A DNA stretch of 34,085 nt, taken from the sequence record SRR31156797_12395, one strand, 5' to 3'. Position numbers and translations under genes: made by a program. The notes beneath the pieces are model-generated. The model did not search any database. It saw only the letters and a program-made list of their open reading frames with translations, and had not been told where the DNA came from. Shown here piece after piece: positions 1 to 8,172 of the stretch (position 1 is the stretch's first letter; each line of letters opens with the position of its first letter).

Positions 1-152
<152 letters not shown>

Positions 153-190
153 TTAGAAATAAAATTTACAACTTCATTAAAAATGAGGTA

Positions 191-198
191 CAAAAGTA
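191..198 (-). promoter_or_regulatory. Bacteroidota sigma-A -7 element for gap
   Basis: Minus-strand TACTTTTG matches TAnnTTTG, about 50 bp upstream of the start codon. Confidence 0.65.
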
Positions 199-305
199 TA
201 AAATCAATAACAATTGGTCAAAAAAACTAGAAGGCTTTTTCTAAAATCAATATTAAAAAATGTAAAACGGCCCCAAAATATGCTCTACAGCATAAAATTA
301 GGCAC

Positions 306-341
306 AAAAAAAGGAGCAAAATATAATTTTGCTCCTTTTTT
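306..341. terminator. Intrinsic terminator (symmetric A/T flanks) downstream of the small lipoprotein gene
   Basis: AAAAAAGGAGCAAAAT-ATA-ATTTTGCTCCTTTTTT, a perfect stem with A/T tails. Confidence 0.85.
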
Positions 342-360
342 GGCTACAATTCTATATAGC

Positions 361-492
361 TTATACGTTTTCTGAATTCTTTTCTACATTTACTTTGCTA
401 TAAGCAGGACAATCTTCTGTGCTTTTGCAAGAACTTAATCCTAATGCAGTAAATAATACAACGGCTGCTACAACAAAAAAAGCTTTCTTCAT
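361..492 (-). CDS. Small (43 aa) putative lipoprotein with a C-x5-CPAY motif
   Basis: Manual translation MKKAFFVVAAVVLFTALGLSSCKSTEDCPAYSKVNVEKNSENV*: basic N-terminus, hydrophobic core and LSSC lipobox, followed by a terminator. Below the ORF-track size cutoff. Confidence 0.8.
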   Translation of the reverse strand: MKKAFFVVAAVVLFTALGLSSCKSTEDCPAYSKVNVEKNSENV

Positions 493-552
493 GACTTTTA
501 AATTACGATATAAATATTGATAGTTTCTTTAATTTCTTCTCACTGTTATAAT

Positions 553-578
553 AACGGGCTAGCTTAATTTTGGTTACA
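553..578 (-). promoter_or_regulatory. Putative ECF-sigma promoter for the small lipoprotein
   Basis: Minus strand TGTAAC-N16-CGTT, the AAC/CGT architecture typical of ECF sigma promoters, about 60 bp upstream of the ATG. Confidence 0.55.
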
Positions 579-711
579 TAATTGCTTCTTTTTATGATTA
601 ACATCTTATTATTAATGACCAACCCGTTTTTTAAATAGAATTCGAAGCACAGCGATAAAAATATGATTAATCTTTAAACGCTCAAAATATTATACCTTTT
701 TTATCTATAGC

Positions 712-1374
712 TTATCTCCTTTTTCTTAATCCTTTTAATTCAGAAAAAGCCCTTTCTACATCTTCGTCATGCACCAGTACGGTAAACTCATTAGTTGTAG
801 AAATCACTTCTGTTATATTAATACCTTCCCAGGCAATTGACTTTAAAATATAATAATAAAACCCAGGAACCTGCGTGTTGCTTTCGTGCAGTTTTAATGT
901 GATGGCAGAAAGATCTTCTTTTTTTTGCAATAATTCTTCATTATTAAAATATTGATTAACAAGTTCAGTATACATACTACTTATCACAAGGTTAGATTCA
1001 TGTACGCCTCTAACCAGCGTATAAAATATATCAGTGTGTTGGGATATAGCCTCAAATACGTTTTTATGGCATTTCGCCAGTGTATTGGAGTTCTTAAAAG
1101 TATAATCAGTTAAATCAGAGCGAACAATAATATCGCCCAACATGCTAATCATTTTATCTATTCCCCTGTTTAAATAAATATCAATTTGAGGAGAAAGACG
1201 ATTCAGCGCCATCACAATAGCACCATGTTTGGCATCTTTTGTTATTATCTTATCTACTTCAGGTTTTATTTTGCGTGATAAAGCAGAAATATTGATTAAT
1301 CCTTCAGCAAGTGCTTCAGCTATAAATGGTTTTGACTTGATTACAATTTCAACAGCTTGGGGTATTGTTATCAT
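712..1374 (-). CDS. ACT-domain protein with a putative N-terminal HTH (often labelled 'aspartate kinase' but has no kinase domain); probable amino-acid-sensing regulator
   Basis: 220 aa. N-terminal helical GLINISALSRKI segment; C-terminal ACT-like PGFYYYILKSIAWEGINITEVISTTNEFTVLV. Too short for a kinase domain. Confidence 0.7.
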   Translation of the reverse strand: MITIPQAVEIVIKSKPFIAEALAEGLINISALSRKIKPEVDKIITKDAKHGAIVMALNRLSPQIDIYLNRGIDKMISMLGDIIVRSDLTDYTFKNSNTLAKCHKNVFEAISQHTDIFYTLVRGVHESNLVISSMYTELVNQYFNNEELLQKKEDLSAITLKLHESNTQVPGFYYYILKSIAWEGINITEVISTTNEFTVLVHDEDVERAFSELKGLRKRR

Positions 1375-1399
1375 CTAATTATGTTTTAAATAATACAAG

Positions 1400-1417
1400 A
1401 TGTTAAAAATATAACAT
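1400..1417. promoter_or_regulatory. Palindromic candidate operator ATGTTA-N6-TAACAT
   Basis: Perfect 6-bp inverted repeat in the divergent intergenic region, 25 bp from the ACT gene start. Confidence 0.4.
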
Positions 1418-1473
1418 TTTGTTGAAAATTGGTTTTATTTGTCACTTAATTTTACTCTTTAATATTCGCCAAT

Positions 1474-1481
1474 TATATTTG
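1474..1481 (+). promoter_or_regulatory. -7 element (TATATTTG) upstream of dapA
   Basis: Exact TAnnTTTG match. Confidence 0.55.
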
Positions 1482-1606
1482 CGATGGATAAAATGAAAAT
1501 GTGTTTATGATTATTTGAATAAAGAAGATTTTGTTATGATCTCTTTTTTATACTTTTAAGCCGGAAAAGAAATACATTGTTAAAGATTGATTATTAAGAA
1601 TAAGTT

Positions 1607-2494
1607 ATGGCATTTACATTAAAAGGCTCTATTGTTGCTATTATTACGCCCTTTACGGAAACAGGTGAAATTGATTGGAATGCATTTGATAAACTAATCG
1701 ACTTTCATTTAAATAATGGAACAGACGGGATTGTAGTATGTGGAACTACAGGAGAAACGCCAACATTGACAGATGAAGAAGATGAGGCACTGGTTGAAAG
1801 AGCGGTAAAGAGAATTAATGGTAAAATTCCGGTTATAGCAGGTAGTGGAAGTAACTCTACTCAAACAGCCATAGACAAAACAAATAAGGCTAAAGAATTA
1901 GGTGCTGATGCTGCGCTGGTTGTTGTACCTTATTATAATAAGCCTACACAAAAAGGAATTTATGAGCATTTTAAATCAGTAGCAGAAGCCACTGATATTC
2001 CTATTATATTATATAATGTACCTTCAAGAACCGGAGCCGGATTAACACCGGAAACAGTGGTTCAGTTAGCTAAAGATTTTGATAGTATCGTTGGCGTGAA
2101 GGAAGCTGCAGGAGTAATGTCGTATTTTACTGAGATTATAGCCAATGCTCCGGAAGATTTTCTAGTATATAGTGGAGATGACTTTTTATCTAGCGCTGCG
2201 AACTTATTAGGTGCTGATGGGTGTATTTCTGTTATAGCTAATTTAATACCTGCCGATTTTCATCGATTAATGGAGGTTTCTATGAAAGGTGATGTAGCAG
2301 AAAGTAGAAGATTATTTTACAAGTATCAAAAAATAATGGACTTATGTTTTATTGAGTCTAATCCAATTCCGGTAAAAACAGCTTTAGCAGAAATGGGTTT
2401 TGTAAATGAAGTCTTCAGACAGCCATTATGTACTATGGAAGAGGATAATAAGAAACAGCTTTTAGAAGAATTAAAGTCTTTAGAGCTGATTTAA
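1607..2494 (+). CDS. dapA: 4-hydroxy-tetrahydrodipicolinate synthase
   Basis: GTTGE, PYYNKP, LYNVPSRT, catalytic GVKEA and NPIPVK motifs; 295 aa. Confidence 0.96.
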   Translation: MAFTLKGSIVAIITPFTETGEIDWNAFDKLIDFHLNNGTDGIVVCGTTGETPTLTDEEDEALVERAVKRINGKIPVIAGSGSNSTQTAIDKTNKAKELGADAALVVVPYYNKPTQKGIYEHFKSVAEATDIPIILYNVPSRTGAGLTPETVVQLAKDFDSIVGVKEAAGVMSYFTEIIANAPEDFLVYSGDDFLSSAANLLGADGCISVIANLIPADFHRLMEVSMKGDVAESRRLFYKYQKIMDLCFIESNPIPVKTALAEMGFVNEVFRQPLCTMEEDNKKQLLEELKSLELI

Positions 2495-2523
2495 AAATTA
2501 TATTTTGTTGGTGATGATTCAAG

Positions 2524-2552
2524 AAGGTCTTTCAATTAGGAAAGGCCTTTTT
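2524..2552 (+). terminator. Intrinsic terminator after dapA
   Basis: AAGGTCTTTC-AATTAG-GAAAGGCCTT followed by TTT. Confidence 0.75.
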
Positions 2553-2597
2553 GCCTTTATAGATATGTGCTTGCAGTTATAGAATAAAGTGGATTCG

Positions 2598-2605
2598 TAT
2601 ATTTG
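2598..2605 (+). promoter_or_regulatory. -7 element for the nitroreductase
   Basis: TATATTTG, 20 bp before the ATG. Confidence 0.65.
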
Positions 2606-2624
2606 TATCTGAAAAAATAATACT

Positions 2625-3368
2625 ATGGAAACAATATTAAATCATAAGTCAATTCGAAAATACTCAGAAAAAGATATTTCTCAGGATATTCTAGAGGATA
2701 TATTAATAGCAGGAACCAGAGCTTCAACAACTGGTAATATGCAGGTTTATAGTATTGTGGTGAGTAAAGATGCCGAAATGAAAGAAAAATTGGCACCATG
2801 CCATTTCAATCAACCGATGGTGAAGCAGGCGCCTGTAGTGCTAACTTTTTGTGCTGATTATAATCGATTTAATAAATGGTGCGAAGTTAGTAATGCAGAA
2901 CCTGGATATGATAATTTCTTATCCTTTGTAACAGGTGCAATTGATGCTTTATTGGCCGCTCAAAATGTTTGTCTGGCTGCAGAAAGTAAAGGATTAGGTA
3001 TTTGTTACCTGGGAACAACCATTTATACTGCAGATAAAATTATTGATATTTTAGATTTACCTAAAGGTGTTGTGCCGGTAACTACTGTAACTTTAGGTTA
3101 TCCTGATGAGCAACCGTCTTTAACCGATAGATTACCTCTGGAGGCAGTGGTTCATTACGAAAAATATAAGGGTTTCTCAGAAGATGATATAAAAGGGCTT
3201 TATAAAGAGAAGGAATCTTTAGCTGAAAATATAGGTTTTGTAAAAGAAAACAATAAAGAAAGTTTAGCCCAGGTTTTTACAGATGTAAGATATAAGAAGC
3301 AAGATAATATTACTTTTAGTAAAGTACTTTTAGAAGTATTAAAGAAGCAAGGATTTATGAATCAATAA
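2625..3368 (+). CDS. NfsA/FRP-type NADPH-dependent nitroreductase / flavin reductase
   Basis: HKSIRKY FMN-binding start, ASTTGNMQVYS, AAESKGLGICYLG, LGYP and DRLPLEAVVH motifs. Confidence 0.9.
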   Translation: METILNHKSIRKYSEKDISQDILEDILIAGTRASTTGNMQVYSIVVSKDAEMKEKLAPCHFNQPMVKQAPVVLTFCADYNRFNKWCEVSNAEPGYDNFLSFVTGAIDALLAAQNVCLAAESKGLGICYLGTTIYTADKIIDILDLPKGVVPVTTVTLGYPDEQPSLTDRLPLEAVVHYEKYKGFSEDDIKGLYKEKESLAENIGFVKENNKESLAQVFTDVRYKKQDNITFSKVLLEVLKKQGFMNQ

Positions 3369-3465
3369 GAAAAAGCAACGCATATTTTCTATTTTTTTTG
3401 AAAATTAAAAAATAAAGCGTTATATTGTTTTGCAATTTTGTTAAGAAATAATTAAATTGCTATCA

Positions 3466-3592
3466 GTATTGATTTTGATTATAAAATAATATTAGCAATT
3501 CATTTGTTTGTGTTGTGTGTTTTACAAATGAATTTTGTGTGTTGTGTTAGTTGAGAATGAAAAGGCTTATTTCCCCAAATAGGCCTTTTTCA
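3466..3592 (+). ncRNA. Candidate small RNA: hairpin with GU-rich loop, GU-rich linker and terminator (5' end approximate)
   Basis: Perfect 11-bp stem AATTCATTTGT(3497-3507)/ACAAATGAATT(3524-3534); TGTGTTGTGT at 3509 and 3538; terminator at 3560-3590; promoter-like TAAATTGC at 3453-3460; no convincing ORF. Confidence 0.45.
3560..3590 (+). terminator. Intrinsic terminator
   Basis: AAAAGGCTTATTT-CCCC-AAATAGGCCTTTTT. Confidence 0.8.
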
Positions 3593-3795
3593 ATTTAATA
3601 CGCTATACTTTCCGAAAGGTTATCTTTTCTATCCATTTTATTTTTAGACTTTATTTTCAGTAGAAGTATTTTCATTTCTTTCTATCGTGTTTTAATGTTT
3701 ACTGCATTATTATTTTGATTATTCCCTCAGTTAAAACTGATTTATATTTGAATCGGCATTTCTAGAGTTACACTATATTTTTTTAAAACATTTCT

Positions 3796-3877
3796 TTCAC
3801 GATATTTTCACTACATCGTGAAGCAACCGTGAAGTAATAGTGAAGAAGAAGTGAAGGAACAGTGAATGAATAACGAA
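3796..3877 (+). promoter_or_regulatory. Helically phased array of TTCAC/GTGAA sites (11-bp period) upstream of the GH81 gene
   Basis: TTCAC at 3796 and 3807; GTGAA at 3818, 3829, 3840, 3851 and 3862; degenerate ACGAA at 3873. A -7-like TTTCTTTG follows at 3885-3892. Confidence 0.75.
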
Positions 3878-4209
3878 TCACTTCTTTCTTTGTACCGAAT
3901 AATTCAAGTATGGCTTAAAAAGCAGATGACTAGGTAATAAGTCGTTAACCTGAATCGTGTTAAGTTAAAAAAAAGTAGTTTTAGCGTAGGTGCTCCATAG
4001 TTAAAACGTAGTTGTAAACTCTTCATTTAAGGTGTTTCTGTATAGGTTTGGCAAATCATATTAATGGTTGGGTTGATTAGGTAAAATCAATCTTGTACTG
4101 AATAATTACCAGCATACTTTTTCTTTTTTGATCTGCTATTCAGTGTTTGAAATCTACCTTATCAGCTTTATCTACCAGAAAACTATTGTTTAATTATTAA
4201 ATCTCTAAA

Positions 4210-7200
4210 ATGAAAAAAACACACTACGTTTTAATGTTAATTTGTGCTTTTATCCTAATGGGTCAAAGCACTGTTTTTTCTCAAACATCGGTTTCGGTAG
4301 GGAGTGGAAGTTACGCTTCTTATCCTCCTGCTGAAGAACTTCAATTTGAATGGGAGGGAGAAATATTTTATGATGATTACAATTTTGTTTATAACAATGA
4401 AATTTATGTAACTGAAGGTGAAACCAGACCTATACCTACGAACGACTGGTGGACGAATATTTTGGTTGAACAATATGGCGGTCTATTGTTTGCTTACCCT
4501 TTAGTTATGCAACCTCTTGAAAGCGGACTTCAAATACAATACCCAACTGGTTTTTCTGCCGATGGTAGTAATTTAGATCGGGGAACAGGTATTGTTGTTA
4601 AAGCTGCAGGTTTTGAACCTGACAAGGCTATTGCATCAGATTGGTCAGACTGGTTGGTAGAGATGAGCATGCCGGATGAAAGTACCGGAGTCAATATGAA
4701 AGTGACTATGGGGCATGGTATTCCATTTACATGGATTGAAACCAATGGCATGAATCCGGAAATATCTGCAGGCGCAGGTGCGGCATATTATACGGCTGAG
4801 GGAACGGAAGTGAGTTTTCCATTAGCGTCAGGTAGTTCATTTGTACTTTCATCAGAAGGACGTTTGTTTGGGATACATATGGGTGATGGCGTATCAGCAG
4901 AATTATCGGGACAGCAATATATTACCATAGATTTAGGGGCGAGCTATAGTCTTTCTGAAATTGATTTGCTTTGGGAGGCAGCCTTCGCATCCGCATATTC
5001 TATCCAGGTATCTGATGATAACTCAAACTGGACAACCTTGCAATCTGTTAGTAATGGAGATGGCGGGAATGATCATTTTTCAATATCAGGGAGTGGGCGA
5101 TATGTTAGAATATTGCTTTTAGAAAGAGGTACTATTTATGCATATTCTTTATTTGAAGTTGAGGTAATTAGTGAAGGAGTTAATGTAGCACTTAATAAAG
5201 ATGTAATGGCGTCCTCTTCACAAGCAGGATTTGTGCCTGAGGCGATTGTAGACGGTAATGAAGGTATTAGATGGGCTTCGGAAGCAAATGTGCAGGAATC
5301 ATTGGTTTTTAATATGGGTAATGGAAGTAATCACTTAGTCATATCTGCACTTACTCAATTTTCTGATTTAAGTACTTATGATGCTTTTGCACATAATAAG
5401 CCAACGGATACAGAGGTCGTTTATGATTATGATGTTGCTGGAGGTAAGGTAAATACTACATGGAATATAACTACAACAAACCTGGATGGAAGTGCTGCCG
5501 GAGATATGATTCAGGGTTTTATTCCGCACCAGTATAAGAATACCACATATTCTAATGTAAATTTTGTAGGAAACAATTATGTTACCGCAAGGGGAACTAT
5601 GAAAACGGCTTACGGTAGATCCTTTTCTTTTTCTTATCCATTTGGAGGAATTTTACCAAGTTTTACTGCTCCTTACAGTAATGATGCTGATACCAATCCA
5701 TATAGTGCCGATGTGCTTTATCAATTTATTACGGACTTTTCAGCTGCAAAAACAGGTTATGGTGCCGATACGTATTGGGGAGGTAAGGATCTCGTAAATT
5801 TAGCCAAATATACATTGATGGCTAAGGAATTAAATCATCAATCGTATGAATCACTAAAGGAAAGAACAAAAGCAGCTTTAATTGATTGGTTGACATATAC
5901 TCCGGGAGAAACATCAAAGTATTTTGCTCGCTACGAACGTTGGAAAGCTTTAATCGGATTTGATCAATCGTATGGTTCTGCTCAATTTACGGATAATCAT
6001 TTTCACTACGGATATTTAATTCACGCAGCCGGTTTATATGGTATGATAGACGATGATTTCTTAACTGATTATGGTGATATGTTAAAACTGGTTGCGCAGC
6101 AGTATGCAAACTGGAATAGAAACGATACATTTTTACCTTACTTCAGAACGTTTGACCCATGGATTGGTCATTCTTATGCAGGAGGAACAAGTTCTGGAGG
6201 AGGAAATAACCAGGAGTCTACTTCGGAAGCGATGCAGTCGTGGATTGGTTTATATTTGTTAGGGGATGCAATGGGAGATGCCCAGATGAGAGATGCCGGA
6301 GCTTTTGGTTATAGAAGTGAAGCTGCTGCCACATTGGAATATTGGTTTGATTGGGATGAAGAAAACCTTCCGGAAGCCTACGATCATAATATGGTAGGTA
6401 TTTTATGGAATGGAGGTTATTCATTTGGTACTTATTTTAGTGCGAGTCCGGTTCATATTCATGGAATTCAATACTTACCGGTTTGTCCGGGTTTTAAATA
6501 CCTGGCAGAAGATCCTGTTTGGGCAGCCCGCGAGTATACTGATATGATGGACGAAGCAGCAGTGCTTGATGGCCATAGTGATGAGATTGATTTTGGTGAT
6601 GATTGGGCACATGTGGCACTTGGTTTTAGAATGCTTTTCGATCCTGCTTATGTGGCTGACTTTATGGATACCAACATGGCATTAGGTAGTGAAGATTCAG
6701 ATTATATAATGGATTATGAGGTGGCAGGTATGAGTTATTTCTATACACATGCCATTCAAAACCTGGGAGACTTTTCCTTTAAATATCATACAAACTTTCC
6801 TTCAAGTAGTGTATTCGAAGAGAATGGAGTGTTTAGCAGAGCGGTGGTTTTTAATGCTTCTGGTACTGCAGAAACGTGTTATGTATACGATGCAAATGGA
6901 ACGGTTCAAGCCTCTTTCGAAGTACCTGCTAAAACTTTATATACTTATCCTGAGCTGCCGACAGACGGTCAGGAGCCAGAAAGCTGTTATGCATTATCTT
7001 CTGTTGCAACAGCCTCTTCGGGAAGTTCTAGTGTGGCCAGTGCGGTAGATGCCAGCATGGCAACCCGCTGGGTTGCAGAATCAACGGATGAAGAATGGGT
7101 CTTATTGGATTTAGGTATGCTATGTACGATAAGCCAAATTAGCATTGACTGGGAAGTAGCAAGTGCTGCTGATTACATTATCGAAGGATCTGTAGATGGT

Positions 7201-8049
7201 GCAGAATGGACTTCTATTCAATCTTATACAGGATTGTCGCAAGGTGATAGAACTGATGTGGTTGATAATCTGACTCAGGATCTTCAATTTGTCAGAGTAA
7301 CCATGACGGAGGCTGCAACGCCCTGGCCTTATTCTATTTTTGAAATAAGTGTATGTGGAAAGGTTGCAGAAGGTACTTATACAGGTCTTATTGAACCGAG
7401 TTTTATTGAGGCTGAAGACTATGTGAATATGAGCGGAATTCAAACAGAGCCTACAACAGATGTAAATGGTGGAATAAATGTAGGATGGATTGATGCCGGT
7501 GATTATATGGAATATGAAATTGAGGTTTATGAAGCAGGTACTTACAAGGTTGATTACCGGGTAGCCAGTATACCAGGTGGTGGTAATCTTCAGTTTCAAC
7601 TGAATGGAATTACCTTGTCCTCTACCATAGTAAATGCTACCGGAGGCTGGCAGAATTGGACAACATTAAGTACCAACGTTATTTTACCTGCAGGAACACA
7701 TGTTATCAGATTATATGCGGAATCGGGTGGATTTAATTTAAATTGGTTAGAAATATATAAACCGGGTATGAAATCAGGTAAGATATCTTCTCCATCTGAA
7801 AATACCATGGAGTCTGAATTTAAGCTATATCCAAATCCTGCAAAAGATGTTGTTTATATTAAAACTAGTGCAGATTTAGAAGGTCAAATTCAGGTGTTTG
7901 ATATGTCAGGTAAAATGATTTATACTTCTGAAATGGAGAGTGGATCACAATCTCATCAAATCAATCTTCAAGGTTGGGCAAAAGGTGTTTATAATGCAAG
8001 GGTTATTTCAGGTCAGCTTATTGTGCTTAAGCGATTTGTAGTGAAATAA
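4210..8049 (+). CDS. Secreted GH81 endo-beta-1,3-glucanase with two F5/8-type-C (CBM32-like) modules, a CBM6-like module and a T9SS C-terminal sorting domain
   Basis: Signal peptide; PTNDWW, DNHFHYGY and NQESTSEA (GH81 catalytic E-x-x-x-E); AVDA..TRW/LLDLG/FVRV F5/8 motifs (about 6991-7359); IEAEDY...GWIDAGDYMEY CBM6 (about 7402-7758); C-terminal LYPNPAKD...FDMSGK...GVY. Confidence 0.92.
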   Translation: MKKTHYVLMLICAFILMGQSTVFSQTSVSVGSGSYASYPPAEELQFEWEGEIFYDDYNFVYNNEIYVTEGETRPIPTNDWWTNILVEQYGGLLFAYPLVMQPLESGLQIQYPTGFSADGSNLDRGTGIVVKAAGFEPDKAIASDWSDWLVEMSMPDESTGVNMKVTMGHGIPFTWIETNGMNPEISAGAGAAYYTAEGTEVSFPLASGSSFVLSSEGRLFGIHMGDGVSAELSGQQYITIDLGASYSLSEIDLLWEAAFASAYSIQVSDDNSNWTTLQSVSNGDGGNDHFSISGSGRYVRILLLERGTIYAYSLFEVEVISEGVNVALNKDVMASSSQAGFVPEAIVDGNEGIRWASEANVQESLVFNMGNGSNHLVISALTQFSDLSTYDAFAHNKPTDTEVVYDYDVAGGKVNTTWNITTTNLDGSAAGDMIQGFIPHQYKNTTYSNVNFVGNNYVTARGTMKTAYGRSFSFSYPFGGILPSFTAPYSNDADTNPYSADVLYQFITDFSAAKTGYGADTYWGGKDLVNLAKYTLMAKELNHQSYESLKERTKAALIDWLTYTPGETSKYFARYERWKALIGFDQSYGSAQFTDNHFHYGYLIHAAGLYGMIDDDFLTDYGDMLKLVAQQYANWNRNDTFLPYFRTFDPWIGHSYAGGTSSGGGNNQESTSEAMQSWIGLYLLGDAMGDAQMRDAGAFGYRSEAAATLEYWFDWDEENLPEAYDHNMVGILWNGGYSFGTYFSASPVHIHGIQYLPVCPGFKYLAEDPVWAAREYTDMMDEAAVLDGHSDEIDFGDDWAHVALGFRMLFDPAYVADFMDTNMALGSEDSDYIMDYEVAGMSYFYTHAIQNLGDFSFKYHTNFPSSSVFEENGVFSRAVVFNASGTAETCYVYDANGTVQASFEVPAKTLYTYPELPTDGQEPESCYALSSVATASSGSSSVASAVDASMATRWVAESTDEEWVLLDLGMLCTISQISIDWEVASAADYIIEGSVDGAEWTSIQSYTGLSQGDRTDVVDNLTQDLQFVRVTMTEAATPWPYSIFEISVCGKVAEGTYTGLIEPSFIEAEDYVNMSGIQTEPTTDVNGGINVGWIDAGDYMEYEIEVYEAGTYKVDYRVASIPGGGNLQFQLNGITLSSTIVNATGGWQNWTTLSTNVILPAGTHVIRLYAESGGFNLNWLEIYKPGMKSGKISSPSENTMESEFKLYPNPAKDVVYIKTSADLEGQIQVFDMSGKMIYTSEMESGSQSHQINLQGWAKGVYNARVISGQLIVLKRFVVK

Positions 8050-8081
8050 ATTCGCATTAATAGTATCTTCATATAATTATT

Positions 8082-8115
8082 AGCCGGAGGGGAGTTGGTC
8101 TCCTTCGGCTTTCTT
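8082..8115 (+). terminator. Intrinsic terminator after the GH81 gene
   Basis: AGCCGGAGGGGA-GTTGG-TCTCCTTCGGCT-TTCTT. Confidence 0.8.
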
Positions 8116-8172
8116 ATTGCCGATTAGAATACAAAAAAAAGAGCAAAAATTCATAAGTTGGTTACTATAACT

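Noticed and set aside
1375-1606. Lysine riboswitch upstream of dapA
   Set aside because: Very AT-rich, with no recognisable L-box helices or conserved motifs.
3528-3554. Cys-containing leader peptide MNFVCCVS before a terminator (attenuator)
   Set aside because: Cys/Val codons follow automatically from the GT-rich sequence; no antiterminator and no cysteine-related gene downstream.
3727-3740. Palindrome TCAGTT-AA-AACTGA next to TATATTTG (3743-3750)
   Set aside because: Short, single and AT-rich; cannot be distinguished from chance without comparative data.
4255-7808. Short ORFs overlapping GH81 (4255, 4530, 6218, 6749, 7120, 7596)
   Set aside because: Antisense or off-frame shadows of a long, well-supported CDS, with no motifs.
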